Assembly: GCA_035486995.1 (NCBI GenBank)
Contig: DATHMO010000212.1
Span: 26,476 to 90,475, forward strand
Source of the DNA: Bryobacteraceae bacterium
GTDB taxonomy: Bacteria > Acidobacteriota > Terriglobia > Bryobacterales > Bryobacteraceae
Length of the DNA: 64,000 nt
Direction of reading: 5' to 3'
The notes under the pieces were generated by a model, which worked only from the letters and a program-made list of their open reading frames with translations, was not told the DNA's origin and searched no databases. The position numbers were made by a program, and so were the translations under genes. Below are positions 46,234-56,800 of the stretch, piece after piece (position 1 is the stretch's first letter; the number at the start of each line of letters is the position of its first letter).

Positions 46234-46262
46234 ATTATCACTTCGTTCAGAAGCTCTGTCAA
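46234..46262 (-). promoter_or_regulatory. sigma70-like promoter TTGACA-N17-GATAAT upstream of the TonB-dependent receptor gene
   Basis: On the minus strand, TTGACA lies at 46262-46257, then a 17-nt spacer, then GATAAT at 46239-46234. It sits in the only large (280 nt) intergenic gap of this block. It predicts a leader of ~200 nt before the ATG at 46029. Confidence 0.45.
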
Positions 46263-46309
46263 GGAGATCTGAAGCGCGAACCTTGCTGAAAGTACTAATC
46301 CAGGCGTGG

Positions 46310-47758
<1,449 letters not shown>

Positions 47759-47775
47759 CGTTGTTCCCTTTCTTC

Positions 47776-50592
47776 CTAATTCACAAACTCAAATTCGTTC
47801 GAGCTCAGCAGCACGCGGGAATATTCGTTCCACGCCGTAGTCGGCTGCCCCGCTACTTGCTCTCCCGGCTTTTCAGGATGCGCCTCAAGGAAGTCCAGAC
47901 CAGCCTTCGTCTCTGCCTCGCTCGGCGCGCGCCCAAACAATATTCGATAGGCCTTCTGAATCCGGGCCGTATCGTTGGCTTCGTCATACACCCGCTTGGC
48001 GAACGTCTCCGCCTGCTTGTACACAAAACTGCTGTTCATGAAATACAGGCGTTGCAGCGGAACGTTGGTGGTGAAGCGCTGCTCGGCGGTGAACGACGGA
48101 TTCGGATAATCGAAAACTTGCAGGAAATTGTCCAGCCGGTAGCGGCTGACCTTGCAATATACCGTGCGGCGGAAGTTGTCGTCCGCAAAATCGGTGGACG
48201 GTCCGCCAGTCTTTTTCAAGTCCAAAGTTCCCGAGACGAACAATAGCGAATCGCGAATAGCCTCGGCGTCCAAGCGCTGGCGGTTCGCGTGCCAGTACAG
48301 CCGGTTTGCTCCATCCTTTTCAGCGTTCTCGGCCGACGATTCCGTGCTGAGCTGATACGTCGACGAAAGCAGAATCTCGCGATGCAGCTTCTTCATCGAC
48401 ATGCCGCCCTTCACAAAACTCGACGCCAGATACTCCAGCAGCTCCGGATCCGAAGGCGGATCGCCCATCTTGCCGAAGTTATCCGGCGTCTCAACGATGC
48501 CCGATCCGAAGTGCCACTTCCACACCCGGTTGACGATCACCCGCGCCGCGATAGGGCTAGCCACCACCGCATCCGCCAGTTCCAAACGCCCGCTGCCTTT
48601 GGTAAACGGCTTGGGATCCGGCGGCGAAAGAACCGACAGAAAACGTTCGGGGACCGGATCGCCCAGAGTGTGCGGATTGCCGCGCACGTTGACCTTCATC
48701 TCTTGCATGGTCTTGGTATCGCTCGCGCCATGCAGGAACGGATACGGCGCCTGCGCTTTCTTCAGTGCCTCAATTTCCGCGCGTAATGCAGCCACATGCT
48801 CAGCCGTTTCCGCTGAAAAATGCCGCTCCAGCGCCCAATCGCGCAGCGACAGCAACCCCGGATCTGGCCGCGTATCGCTCTCGGAATCCTGATCTGCTCT
48901 GTACACGTCCAGATACAGATTCGTCGGCTCGATCGGCATGGTCTTCAACTCCAGATCGCAGCCCGGACAAAACTGATCGTTGGTTTCGAACTCGTTCGGG
49001 TAGGAATCCCGCCGCGGCTTCTTACGAACACCGGCCTTGGCCTTGATGATGTCGTTCTCTTCCTTGAGCGCCGCTGCATCCCTCGCCACCGCGAGCACCA
49101 GGGTTTGGAAGCTGTCCGCCAGGAATTGCGCCTGCTCCAGCGTCCCTCCGCTCTTCACCATGTCCTGCCAGTCGCGCAGGTACGAATAATGCTTGGGCGG
49201 CTTGGCCAGAAATTTGATCCAGCGCTCCAGCATCTCAGGATCGACCTTTTGATCCACCGCCGCTTCAGCCACCTTCTTCTTCGGCTCTCCCGTCACCTGC
49301 CACGCGGCCACCAGGTACTTCGACGTCTTTTGCGCCAGCATCTGCGCATATAATTCGCTCTGCTTCTCCAGGTAGTCGTCGAGCACTTCTTCTTTATCGT
49401 CGATGACTTTCTGTTGCTTCTCCCAAAGCGCCATCTCGGCGGGAGACGTCGCCGGATATTCGTGATACGTGGTGTTCATGAACACGGCCGCCAGCGAGTA
49501 ATAATCTTTTTGCGAGATCGGATCGTATTTGTGATCGTGGCAGCGCGCGCACGCCACTGTAAGCCCCAGCATTCCGCGCGTCAGCATGTCGATGCGCTCG
49601 TTGCGTTCGTCGGCGCGGCCTTGCACCGGTTCCGCCTGATCCCACCACCAGGGACCTTGTCCCATGATCGCCGTGCCCGCAACCGATTTCTCGCGCTGCG
49701 GCTCAGCCAGCAAATCCCCGGCGAGCTGCGCCTTGATGAAATCGCCGTAGGGCATGTCGTTGTTGAACGCCTGGATCACCCAATCGCGATAAACATAGGC
49801 ACCCGAGAACGGCATATAGCCGCGATCCTTGGGATCCAACCCGCGGACGTCGTCTTCGGCATAGCGTGCGACATCCAGCCAATGGCGGCCCCACCGCTCG
49901 CCGTAGCGCGGCGATGCCAACAGCCGGTCCACAACCTTTTCGTACGCATTGGGCGATTTGTCGCTCACGAACGCGTCCACTTCTTCGGGCGTCGGAGGCA
50001 AACCAGTCAAGTCCAGCGTCACTCGTCGGATCAGCACCCGCCGCTCGGCCGGCTCAACCGGCTTCATGCCTTTGGCTTCGAGCTTGGCAAGAACAAAATG
50101 ATCGACATTTGTCTTTGCCCACGATTTCTCTTTCATCGCGGGAATCGCTGGTTCCTTCAGCGGCTGAAACGACCAAAACGCCCGCTGTTCCGGCGTGATC
50201 ACCTTAATGGGCGAACTCGGCGCAGCTGCCGCTTTGGCTTCCGGCCACGGCGCGCCCATCTTGACCCACTCCGCCAGCGCCTCAACCTCGGCCGGCTTCA
50301 ACTTCCCGCCTTTCGGCATTTTGAGATCGCCGCTTTGCCGCACCGCCTGGATCAACAGGCTCTTGTCGGGATCGCCTGGCACGATCGCCGCGCCCGATTT
50401 ACCGCCCTGCAACAAGCGCTCTCGAGAATCCACACGTAGCCCGCCCATTTCAGCCGCCGTATGGCAGTCGTAACAATTCTCCGCGAGTACCGGCCGCACC
50501 TTGTTCTCAAAGAAATCCGGGGATTGCACTGCGGCTGGCGCCTGCGCAAACGCGCATCCGATCGCGACGAATGGAACGACGGCGTACTTCAT
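47776..50592 (-). CDS. PSCyt (planctomycete cytochrome c-like) / DUF1549 / DUF1553 protein
   Basis: Start trimmed to ATG 50592 (MKYAVVPFVAIGCAFA), giving an ATGA overlap with the upstream gene. Heme motif CYDCH plus GKSGAAIVPGDPDKSLLIQAV. Long DUF1549/DUF1553-like body. Confidence 0.85.
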   Translation of the reverse strand: MKYAVVPFVAIGCAFAQAPAAVQSPDFFENKVRPVLAENCYDCHTAAEMGGLRVDSRERLLQGGKSGAAIVPGDPDKSLLIQAVRQSGDLKMPKGGKLKPAEVEALAEWVKMGAPWPEAKAAAAPSSPIKVITPEQRAFWSFQPLKEPAIPAMKEKSWAKTNVDHFVLAKLEAKGMKPVEPAERRVLIRRVTLDLTGLPPTPEEVDAFVSDKSPNAYEKVVDRLLASPRYGERWGRHWLDVARYAEDDVRGLDPKDRGYMPFSGAYVYRDWVIQAFNNDMPYGDFIKAQLAGDLLAEPQREKSVAGTAIMGQGPWWWDQAEPVQGRADERNERIDMLTRGMLGLTVACARCHDHKYDPISQKDYYSLAAVFMNTTYHEYPATSPAEMALWEKQQKVIDDKEEVLDDYLEKQSELYAQMLAQKTSKYLVAAWQVTGEPKKKVAEAAVDQKVDPEMLERWIKFLAKPPKHYSYLRDWQDMVKSGGTLEQAQFLADSFQTLVLAVARDAAALKEENDIIKAKAGVRKKPRRDSYPNEFETNDQFCPGCDLELKTMPIEPTNLYLDVYRADQDSESDTRPDPGLLSLRDWALERHFSAETAEHVAALRAEIEALKKAQAPYPFLHGASDTKTMQEMKVNVRGNPHTLGDPVPERFLSVLSPPDPKPFTKGSGRLELADAVVASPIAARVIVNRVWKWHFGSGIVETPDNFGKMGDPPSDPELLEYLASSFVKGGMSMKKLHREILLSSTYQLSTESSAENAEKDGANRLYWHANRQRLDAEAIRDSLLFVSGTLDLKKTGGPSTDFADDNFRRTVYCKVSRYRLDNFLQVFDYPNPSFTAEQRFTTNVPLQRLYFMNSSFVYKQAETFAKRVYDEANDTARIQKAYRILFGRAPSEAETKAGLDFLEAHPEKPGEQVAGQPTTAWNEYSRVLLSSNEFEFVN

Positions 50593-50594
50593 GA

Positions 50595-51548
50595 TCAAAG
50601 ACCCTTTGGATCTATTCTCCACACTTCATGAAACTCGTGATTGGACAGCCACAGCGAACCCAAGCCCACTCGCAAGGCATCGCCGCCTTTGCCGACGTAT
50701 TGCGCCAGCACCCGGTTCGTAGCCGGATCGATCTTGGACAGCGGTTTGCCGATCGCCGTCACCCAAACGTAGCCTTCTCCCACTGCGATATCGCCGCCCC
50801 CACCAGGCACGCCGACTTCAATGGTAGCGGACACTTTGTTCGTCGCGGGATCAATGCGCGACACGCTGCCGTCTCCCTGATTGAGCGTCCAAACGCTGCC
50901 CAGACCGGTGGCCAGGAACCGCGGCGATGGCCCTACCGGAATCTTCGCCATCACTTTTTCAGTCTTCGCGTCCACGCGCGTCAAGAGATTGCCCTTCGTG
51001 CTCGTGATCCAGACCGAGCCCGCGTCGAACGCTGCCGTGAACGAACCCGGCGGGATCGGAATTTTCGAAACCACCTGGTTCTTCGCCGGATCGATGCGCG
51101 ACAGCACGCCCGCCGCGTCCGAAGGCATCCAGATGCTACCTTCACCGGCCGTGATTCCGCCTTCCGTGTTCGCGACTCCCGACGGAATCGACGCCACGAT
51201 CTTGCCCGACTTCACATCCACGCGCTCGACGGATCCATCGCTGCATATCGGCACCCAGACGCTGCCGAACGCAATCGCGAGCCCGGAGCACGGCGTCTTC
51301 CCAACGGTGATCACCGCGCCAATCTTGTTGGTAGCACTATCCAGCTGCGAAATATTGTTTTTCGGATTGTTCGAGATCCAAACGCTGTCGCCGATCGCGA
51401 CCCAATCAGGGGATCCAGGTATAGAGAACTTCGCGATCGCGTGCAATTCCGCCATGGGATGTTGCACAGCTTTCAACTCGGGGCCGTCGGCATGCGCCGC
51501 AGCCATCGCCGTCACCGCGAAAAAGTAAACCAGCCGGTCGATCTTCAT
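50595..51548 (-). CDS. secreted beta-propeller repeat protein (YVTN/Vgb-like)
   Basis: Start at MKIDRLVYFFAVTAMAAAHA (51548). Repeated ~40-aa units of the form G..WV....G.V.RID..TNKV. Confidence 0.7.
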   Translation of the reverse strand: MKIDRLVYFFAVTAMAAAHADGPELKAVQHPMAELHAIAKFSIPGSPDWVAIGDSVWISNNPKNNISQLDSATNKIGAVITVGKTPCSGLAIAFGSVWVPICSDGSVERVDVKSGKIVASIPSGVANTEGGITAGEGSIWMPSDAAGVLSRIDPAKNQVVSKIPIPPGSFTAAFDAGSVWITSTKGNLLTRVDAKTEKVMAKIPVGPSPRFLATGLGSVWTLNQGDGSVSRIDPATNKVSATIEVGVPGGGGDIAVGEGYVWVTAIGKPLSKIDPATNRVLAQYVGKGGDALRVGLGSLWLSNHEFHEVWRIDPKGL

Positions 51549-51665
51549 TTGGATACGAGAGCTTCCGACGGGGAGGGACACGAGTCGGCAGTCATGGCGA
51601 ACTCGTCTCATCAGGTTATCGCATTATCGCAAGCTTCAGCAAGCGCCACTCAACGGCCCCCCTGC

Positions 51666-52544
51666 TCATTTTTCCTTCGCCAGCTGCTTGCCGATCGCCT
51701 GCAACTCCCGCCGTCGCTTCGGACTGGTCTTTGGATAAGCCATATCCAGGCCCTTCAGAGCTTCCAGCACCACGCGCGAAATGATCAGCCCGGTGTTCTC
51801 CTTGTCGTCGGCCGGCACGATGTACCAGGGCGCAATGCCGGTGCTGGTGGCGGCGAGGCACTCCTCGTACGCTTTCATGTACTCGTTCCAATAGCCGCGC
51901 TCGGCGATATCGGCGGCGCTGAATTTCCAGTTCTTCTCCGGCTGCTCGATCCGCTTGAGAAACCGCTTGCGTTGCTCCTCCTTGGAAAGATGCAGGAAAA
52001 ACTTCAGGATGCGCGTACCGTTGCGATGCAGGTGACCTTCCAGATTATTGATCGAACGGTAGCGGTCGCGCCAAAAATGCTTCGTATCCAGCATCTCCTT
52101 CGGAAGTTCCTCGCCGCTAAGAATCCCGCGATGGACCCGAACGATCAATACCTCCTCGTAATAGGAGCGATTAAAAATTCCAATATGTCCTCGCTCGGGC
52201 AGTCGTCGCGTCGCGTTCCATAGGAAATCGTGCGACAACTCCTCGGCGCTCGGATGTTTGAAGCTGAAAACCTGGCAGCCTTGGGGATTCACGCCCGACA
52301 TGACATGCTTGACGGCGCTGTCCTTCCCCGCCGCGTCCATGGCTTGAAAAATCAACAACAGCGCGTAGGTGTTGGACGCGTACAGCAGGTTTTGCTGCGC
52401 ACTCAGCTTTTCGATGTGCTCTTCGAGCAGGCTTGCATACTCGCCTTTCGAGCTATAGACCGGCTTACCCTTGGTCGGCCACTTGTCAAGATCCACCTTC
52501 TTACCGGGCCGCACGCGGAAGTCGTCGGGATTGATCTTCTTCAT
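51666..52544 (-). CDS. ppk2: polyphosphate kinase 2 family protein
   Basis: 292 aa. Contains [19 protein letters not shown] (PPK2 Walker A-like) and [16 protein letters not shown]. Confidence 0.88.
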   Translation of the reverse strand: MKKINPDDFRVRPGKKVDLDKWPTKGKPVYSSKGEYASLLEEHIEKLSAQQNLLYASNTYALLLIFQAMDAAGKDSAVKHVMSGVNPQGCQVFSFKHPSAEELSHDFLWNATRRLPERGHIGIFNRSYYEEVLIVRVHRGILSGEELPKEMLDTKHFWRDRYRSINNLEGHLHRNGTRILKFFLHLSKEEQRKRFLKRIEQPEKNWKFSAADIAERGYWNEYMKAYEECLAATSTGIAPWYIVPADDKENTGLIISRVVLEALKGLDMAYPKTSPKRRRELQAIGKQLAKEK

Positions 52545-52612
52545 CCCTTAATTACGACACACCTGCAGGCTCGGCGAAGAGCCCTTCACTTAAGGGAGTA
52601 GAATCAGAGTGT

Positions 52613-52840
52613 ATGGACAAGCGACTAGCTAAACGACACAAGCGTCAGGTTTCGCGCGCAAGAGAGCATGTAAAGCTCTCCGAGCCTGACGTGCGGACTC
52701 CAGAGGAGATCAAGGCCGCCCGCGAAGCAAGCCGCCCAGAGATAGCTCACGCCAGCGATGCCAGTGTCCGCACGAATGCGCCGTCCTTCCGCGGTGGCAA
52801 GGCGCCTGGCACGGGCAGCGCCGCGAAAACCGATGTTTAA
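52613..52840 (+). CDS. small basic hypothetical protein
   Basis: 75-aa ORF, Lys/Arg-rich N-terminus (MDKRLAKRHKRQVSRAREH). No homology recognised. Only ORF support. Confidence 0.35.
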   Translation: MDKRLAKRHKRQVSRAREHVKLSEPDVRTPEEIKAAREASRPEIAHASDASVRTNAPSFRGGKAPGTGSAAKTDV

Positions 52841-52854
52841 GAACGAGGCCGAAG

Positions 52855-53022
52855 TTGTCTTCCAAGTGTCCGCATTGCAAATCTGTCGATTTTAGAGGCG
52901 TCGGCGTTCGAAACGTCATGGAGCAAGCTCTCCACTGGCTCCTGCTACCCTATCGGTGCTCGCTTTGCGGCCGGCATTTCTTCTTGTTTCGATGGCAGGC
53001 GCCCATCGCCGGGACGGCGTAA
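52855..53022 (+). CDS. small zinc-ribbon protein (55 aa), below the ORF-track cutoff
   Basis: TTG start with GAGG 8 nt upstream. Translation is (M)SSKCPHCKSVDFRGVGVRNVMEQALHWLLLPYRCSLCGRHFFLFRWQAPIAGTA*, with two CxxC pairs spaced about 27 aa apart. Confidence 0.35.
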   Translation: MSSKCPHCKSVDFRGVGVRNVMEQALHWLLLPYRCSLCGRHFFLFRWQAPIAGTA

Positions 53023-53065
53023 TCTCGCCGATATATGTTTTCGTCCGGGAGCACTATGATTCCAG

Positions 53066-53323
53066 ATGGAGCTCCCCGAGAGACCGAAACTACGATTCCT
53101 GCATTCCGCGGATGCCTTCAACCCAGCGAAACTCGAAGTCCTGCGCCGTCTTCCCGCCGCGATAAGGAGCTCGCTTCAACCGGCACAGCCTGGCTCACTA
53201 AAGGCGCGGCCTGACGGAACCGTTCTCGACGAGCATCATCGGCTCTCGATTCTTCTCGAACGAGGTGAGAACGTCGACGAGCTTCCACCAGAGATAATTC
53301 AAAAGGAAAACCATGAACCCTGA
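53066..53323 (+). CDS. small hypothetical protein with weak ParB/Srx-like pattern
   Basis: 85 aa. The segment ARPDGTVLDEHHRLSILLERGENV resembles the DGHHR core of ParB-like domains, with G replaced by E. 11-nt overlap with the downstream phosphatase gene. Confidence 0.4.
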   Translation: MELPERPKLRFLHSADAFNPAKLEVLRRLPAAIRSSLQPAQPGSLKARPDGTVLDEHHRLSILLERGENVDELPPEIIQKENHEP

Positions 53324-53816
53324 CCTATTCTGGATTCCAGGTCCCTGGCGCGGCCGGTTGGCTATCGTCGCCCGGCCAAGGGGAGGGGACTGGCTCGATG
53401 ACGAGGCAAGCGATTGGCGAAAAGCCGGCGTGGACGTCGTGGTCTCACTCTTGGAAAGCGATGAGGCAGCCCAGTTAAACTTACTTGACGAACCTCGCGC
53501 TGCAGAGGCGAACGGGATTCGCTTCATCTCGCTCCCGATTCCCGATCGTGGAGTACCGACTTCCGCTACAGCGGCTACTTCGCTAATAGCCGATCTTGCG
53601 GGTGCACTGGAACAAGGAAAAAACGTCGCGGTGCACTGTCGTCAAGGAATCGGCCGATCAGGTTTGATCGCCGTTGGAGTGCTGGCAACATCGGGAACCA
53701 ACCTTGAGCGTGCGATCCAGGTGGTCAGCGCCGCCCGCGGCCTAGCTGTCCCCGAAACCGCCGAACAGCTTTCGTGGCTGCAACAACTGCCCTCGCAACC
53801 AAAAGTCGTCGTCTAG
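53313..53816 (+). CDS. dual-specificity / Cys-based protein phosphatase (CX5R)
   Basis: Active-site loop VAVHCRQGIGRSG follows HCxxGxxRS. 167 aa. Confidence 0.8.
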   Translation: MNPDLFWIPGPWRGRLAIVARPRGGDWLDDEASDWRKAGVDVVVSLLESDEAAQLNLLDEPRAAEANGIRFISLPIPDRGVPTSATAATSLIADLAGALEQGKNVAVHCRQGIGRSGLIAVGVLATSGTNLERAIQVVSAARGLAVPETAEQLSWLQQLPSQPKVVV

Positions 53817-53822
53817 TCTCGT

Positions 53823-56800
53823 CTACCGCTTCCGCCGCGCGGCAACTCTGCGCTTCGCAGGCACTTCCAACTTGATCTCGGCTGAAAACGCCTGCTCCAG
53901 CAATTCGGCCAGCTCCTGCTGATGGCGCTTGAGCGACCCCGCCGCTGGGCTCGCACTCGAAGCGCGTCCGGCGTACCGCAGCGTCCGCCGCGTGGGTTCG
54001 AGAATCGGCTGCATTTGCTCCTGCACGAACCGCCATGCGCCCATGTTACGCGGTTCTTCCTGCACCCACACTACTTCGGCTGTTTCCGGATAGCGCGCCA
54101 AAATATCGCGCACCTGCCCAGCCTGGAACGGATAAATCTGCTCCAACCGAACGACCGCCACATCTTGGATCTTGCGTTCTTCCCGCGCCGCGAGCACGTC
54201 GTAGTAAACCTGCCCCGAACACATCAGCACCCGATTCACGCGCGATAATTCGATACCCGTCGTATCGTCCAGCACCTCGCGGAACGAGCCGGTCATGAAT
54301 TCGTTGATGTTCGACACCGCCTTGGGATGGCGCAGCATGCGCTTAGGCGTAAACACGATCAGCGGCTTACGCACTCCGCGCCGATCCGCTCCGCCATGCA
54401 TCTGGCGGCGCAGCAAGTGGAAATACTGCGCGGGCGTGCTCGCGTTCACCACTTGCAAATTATCTTCGGCGCACAGCGTGAGGAAGCGCTCGATTCGGGC
54501 GCTCGAATGCTCCGGCCCTTGCCCCTCGTAACCATGCGGCAACAACAACACCAGGCCGCTCGGCTGGCCCCATTTTGACTCGGCGCTGGCGATGAATTGA
54601 TCGATCAGGATCTGCGCGCCATTCACGAAATCGCCGAACTGCGCCTCCCACAGCACCAGCGTCAGCGGATCCGCCACGCTATAGCCGAACTCAAATCCCA
54701 TCACCGCGTACTCGCTGAGTGAACTATCGAAAACATCGAAGCGGGCTTGATTCGGCGCCAGATGCTGCAGCGGAATGTAGCGCTCGCCAGTTTCGCTGTC
54801 ATACAACTCAAGGTGTCTTTGGCTAAACGTCCCGCGACCGCTGTCCTGCCCGCTCAACCTTACCGGCGTACGTTCCAACACCAAAGTGCCGAAGGCCAGA
54901 GTCTCCGCGGTAGCCCAATCGACGGCCGCGCCGCGCAAAATCTCCAGGCGTTTCTTGACGAAGCCTTCCAGTTTCGGATGCACGTGAAAGTCGTCGGGAA
55001 GCGTCGTAATGCCCTGAACCACACGCTCAAGCGCAGCCCGGTCCACAGCTGTGTTCGGACTGGGCGCCGCAATGTCGTCCAGCTCCACCGAACCTAATTC
55101 CTGCAGTTGGTACTGCTCCTGGTTTTGCTTGGAGGCGTCGTAGATGTCGTTGAGGCGCTGGTTGATGCCCTTGCGGATTTGCGCTACGTTCTCGGCGTCG
55201 ATCAGCCGCTCGCGCACCAGAAGATCGGAGTATTGCGACGCCACCGACGGATGATTCTTGATCTTGCGATACAGAATCGGCTGCGTATAGCTCGGATCGT
55301 CGCCTTCGTTGTGACCATGCCGGCGATAGCAGAACATGTCGATCACAACATCGCGCTTGAACGTCTGGCGATAGTCATACGCCATCTGCGCCACCCGGAT
55401 GCAAGCGTCCGGATCGTCGCCGTTCACATGGAAAATCGGCGCCTGCACCATGCGCGCGACATCGGTGGAATACGGCGTCGATCGCGCTTCATTCGGATTG
55501 GTGGTGAATCCAATCTGATTATTGATCACCAGGTGAATCGTCCCGCCGGTCGTGTAACCTTCCAGTTGCGACAGGTTCAGTGTTTCAGGTACCACGCCTT
55601 GCCCCGCGAACGCCGCATCGCCGTGAATCAGAATCGGAATCACGCGCTCACGGTTGACATCGCCTAACCGGTCCTGCTTGGGCCGTACCAAGCCTTCCAC
55701 TACCGGGTCCACCGCTTCCAGATGGCTCGGATTAAACGCCACCGACACCACGATCTCGCGTCCCGACGACGATTTCCGCACGCCGCTCGCGCCCAGGTGA
55801 TATTTCACGTCGCCTGAACCCTGCGTGCTGTCGGGGTCAATGCCTTCGAATTCGGAAAACAATTGCACGAGCGATTTGCCGACGATGTTCGCAAGCACAT
55901 TCAAGCGCCCGCGGTGCGCCATGCCGATCACCGTTTCATGCACGTTGGTGTCGGCCGCGCGATCCAGGATCTCGTCCAAAATCGCGATCGCGGATTCTCC
56001 ACCTTCCAGCGAAAACCGCTTGTGCCCAATGAACCGCGTGTGCAGAAATCGCTCGAATTCCTCGGCTTCGATCACGCGCTGCAGCGCGCGCAGCTTGGTC
56101 TGCTCGTCGAGCGGCCAGCGATTGCCGGTCGGCTCCATCCGCAGTTGCAGCCAGCGCTTCTGTTCCGGAATCTGGATGTTCATGTACTCGCATCCGATTT
56201 TTCCGCAGTAGGTCTGGCGCAAGGTCTCCAGAATCTCGCGCAGCGTGGCTGTCTTTTGCGGCTGATCGTCTTCCGACATCAGCGTACCAGTGAGAAACTC
56301 GCGATCGAAATCCCAGATGGTCAGCCCATACGTGGCCGGGTCGAGCTCGGAATGATACACCGGCTCCGAACCTAATGGATCAAAGTCCGCAATAAGATGC
56401 CCGCGCACGCGATAAGCGTTGATCAACTGCAATACCGCGGCTTCCTTCGCCACGTCCTCGTGCTGCCCGCCGCGCAACCCGGGGATTGAAACCGGACGGT
56501 CCGGCTCCCAGTGCACCGGCTTGTACGGAATCTTCAGGTCCGAAAAAATGTGCTCGTAGAATCCGTTGTCGCCCTCGAGCAGCCCTTGCAAACTCCCCAG
56601 GAAGGCACCCGATTCCGCGCCTTGCACCACGCGATGATCGTAGGTGCACGTCACCGTCATCACTTTGCTCAAGCCCAGCAGCGCGCGCAGTTGATCGGTG
56701 ACGCCGTGGTATTCCGCCGGAAAATCGATAGCGCCCGTCGCGATGATCGCGCCTTGCCCCGGCATCAACCGCGGCACCGAACCAAGCGTACCCACCGTGC

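Noticed and set aside
46234-46252. Fur-box-like sequence overlapping the -10 element (GATAATTAGAAAACCGTCT)
   Set aside because: Only the first hexamer matches the GATAATGATAATCATTATC consensus, roughly half of the positions overall. That is too weak to call.
50628-52223. 531-aa plus-strand ORF spanning the beta-propeller and PPK2 loci. Similar long antisense ORFs occur at 9317..10114, 10653..11660, 32901..33725, 38683..39777 and 49414..50439.
   Set aside because: Each lies opposite a minus-strand gene with clear family motifs (PPK2 Walker A-like, SecA, UreC, ABC ATPase). Their compositions are Arg/His-biased and they cross gene boundaries.
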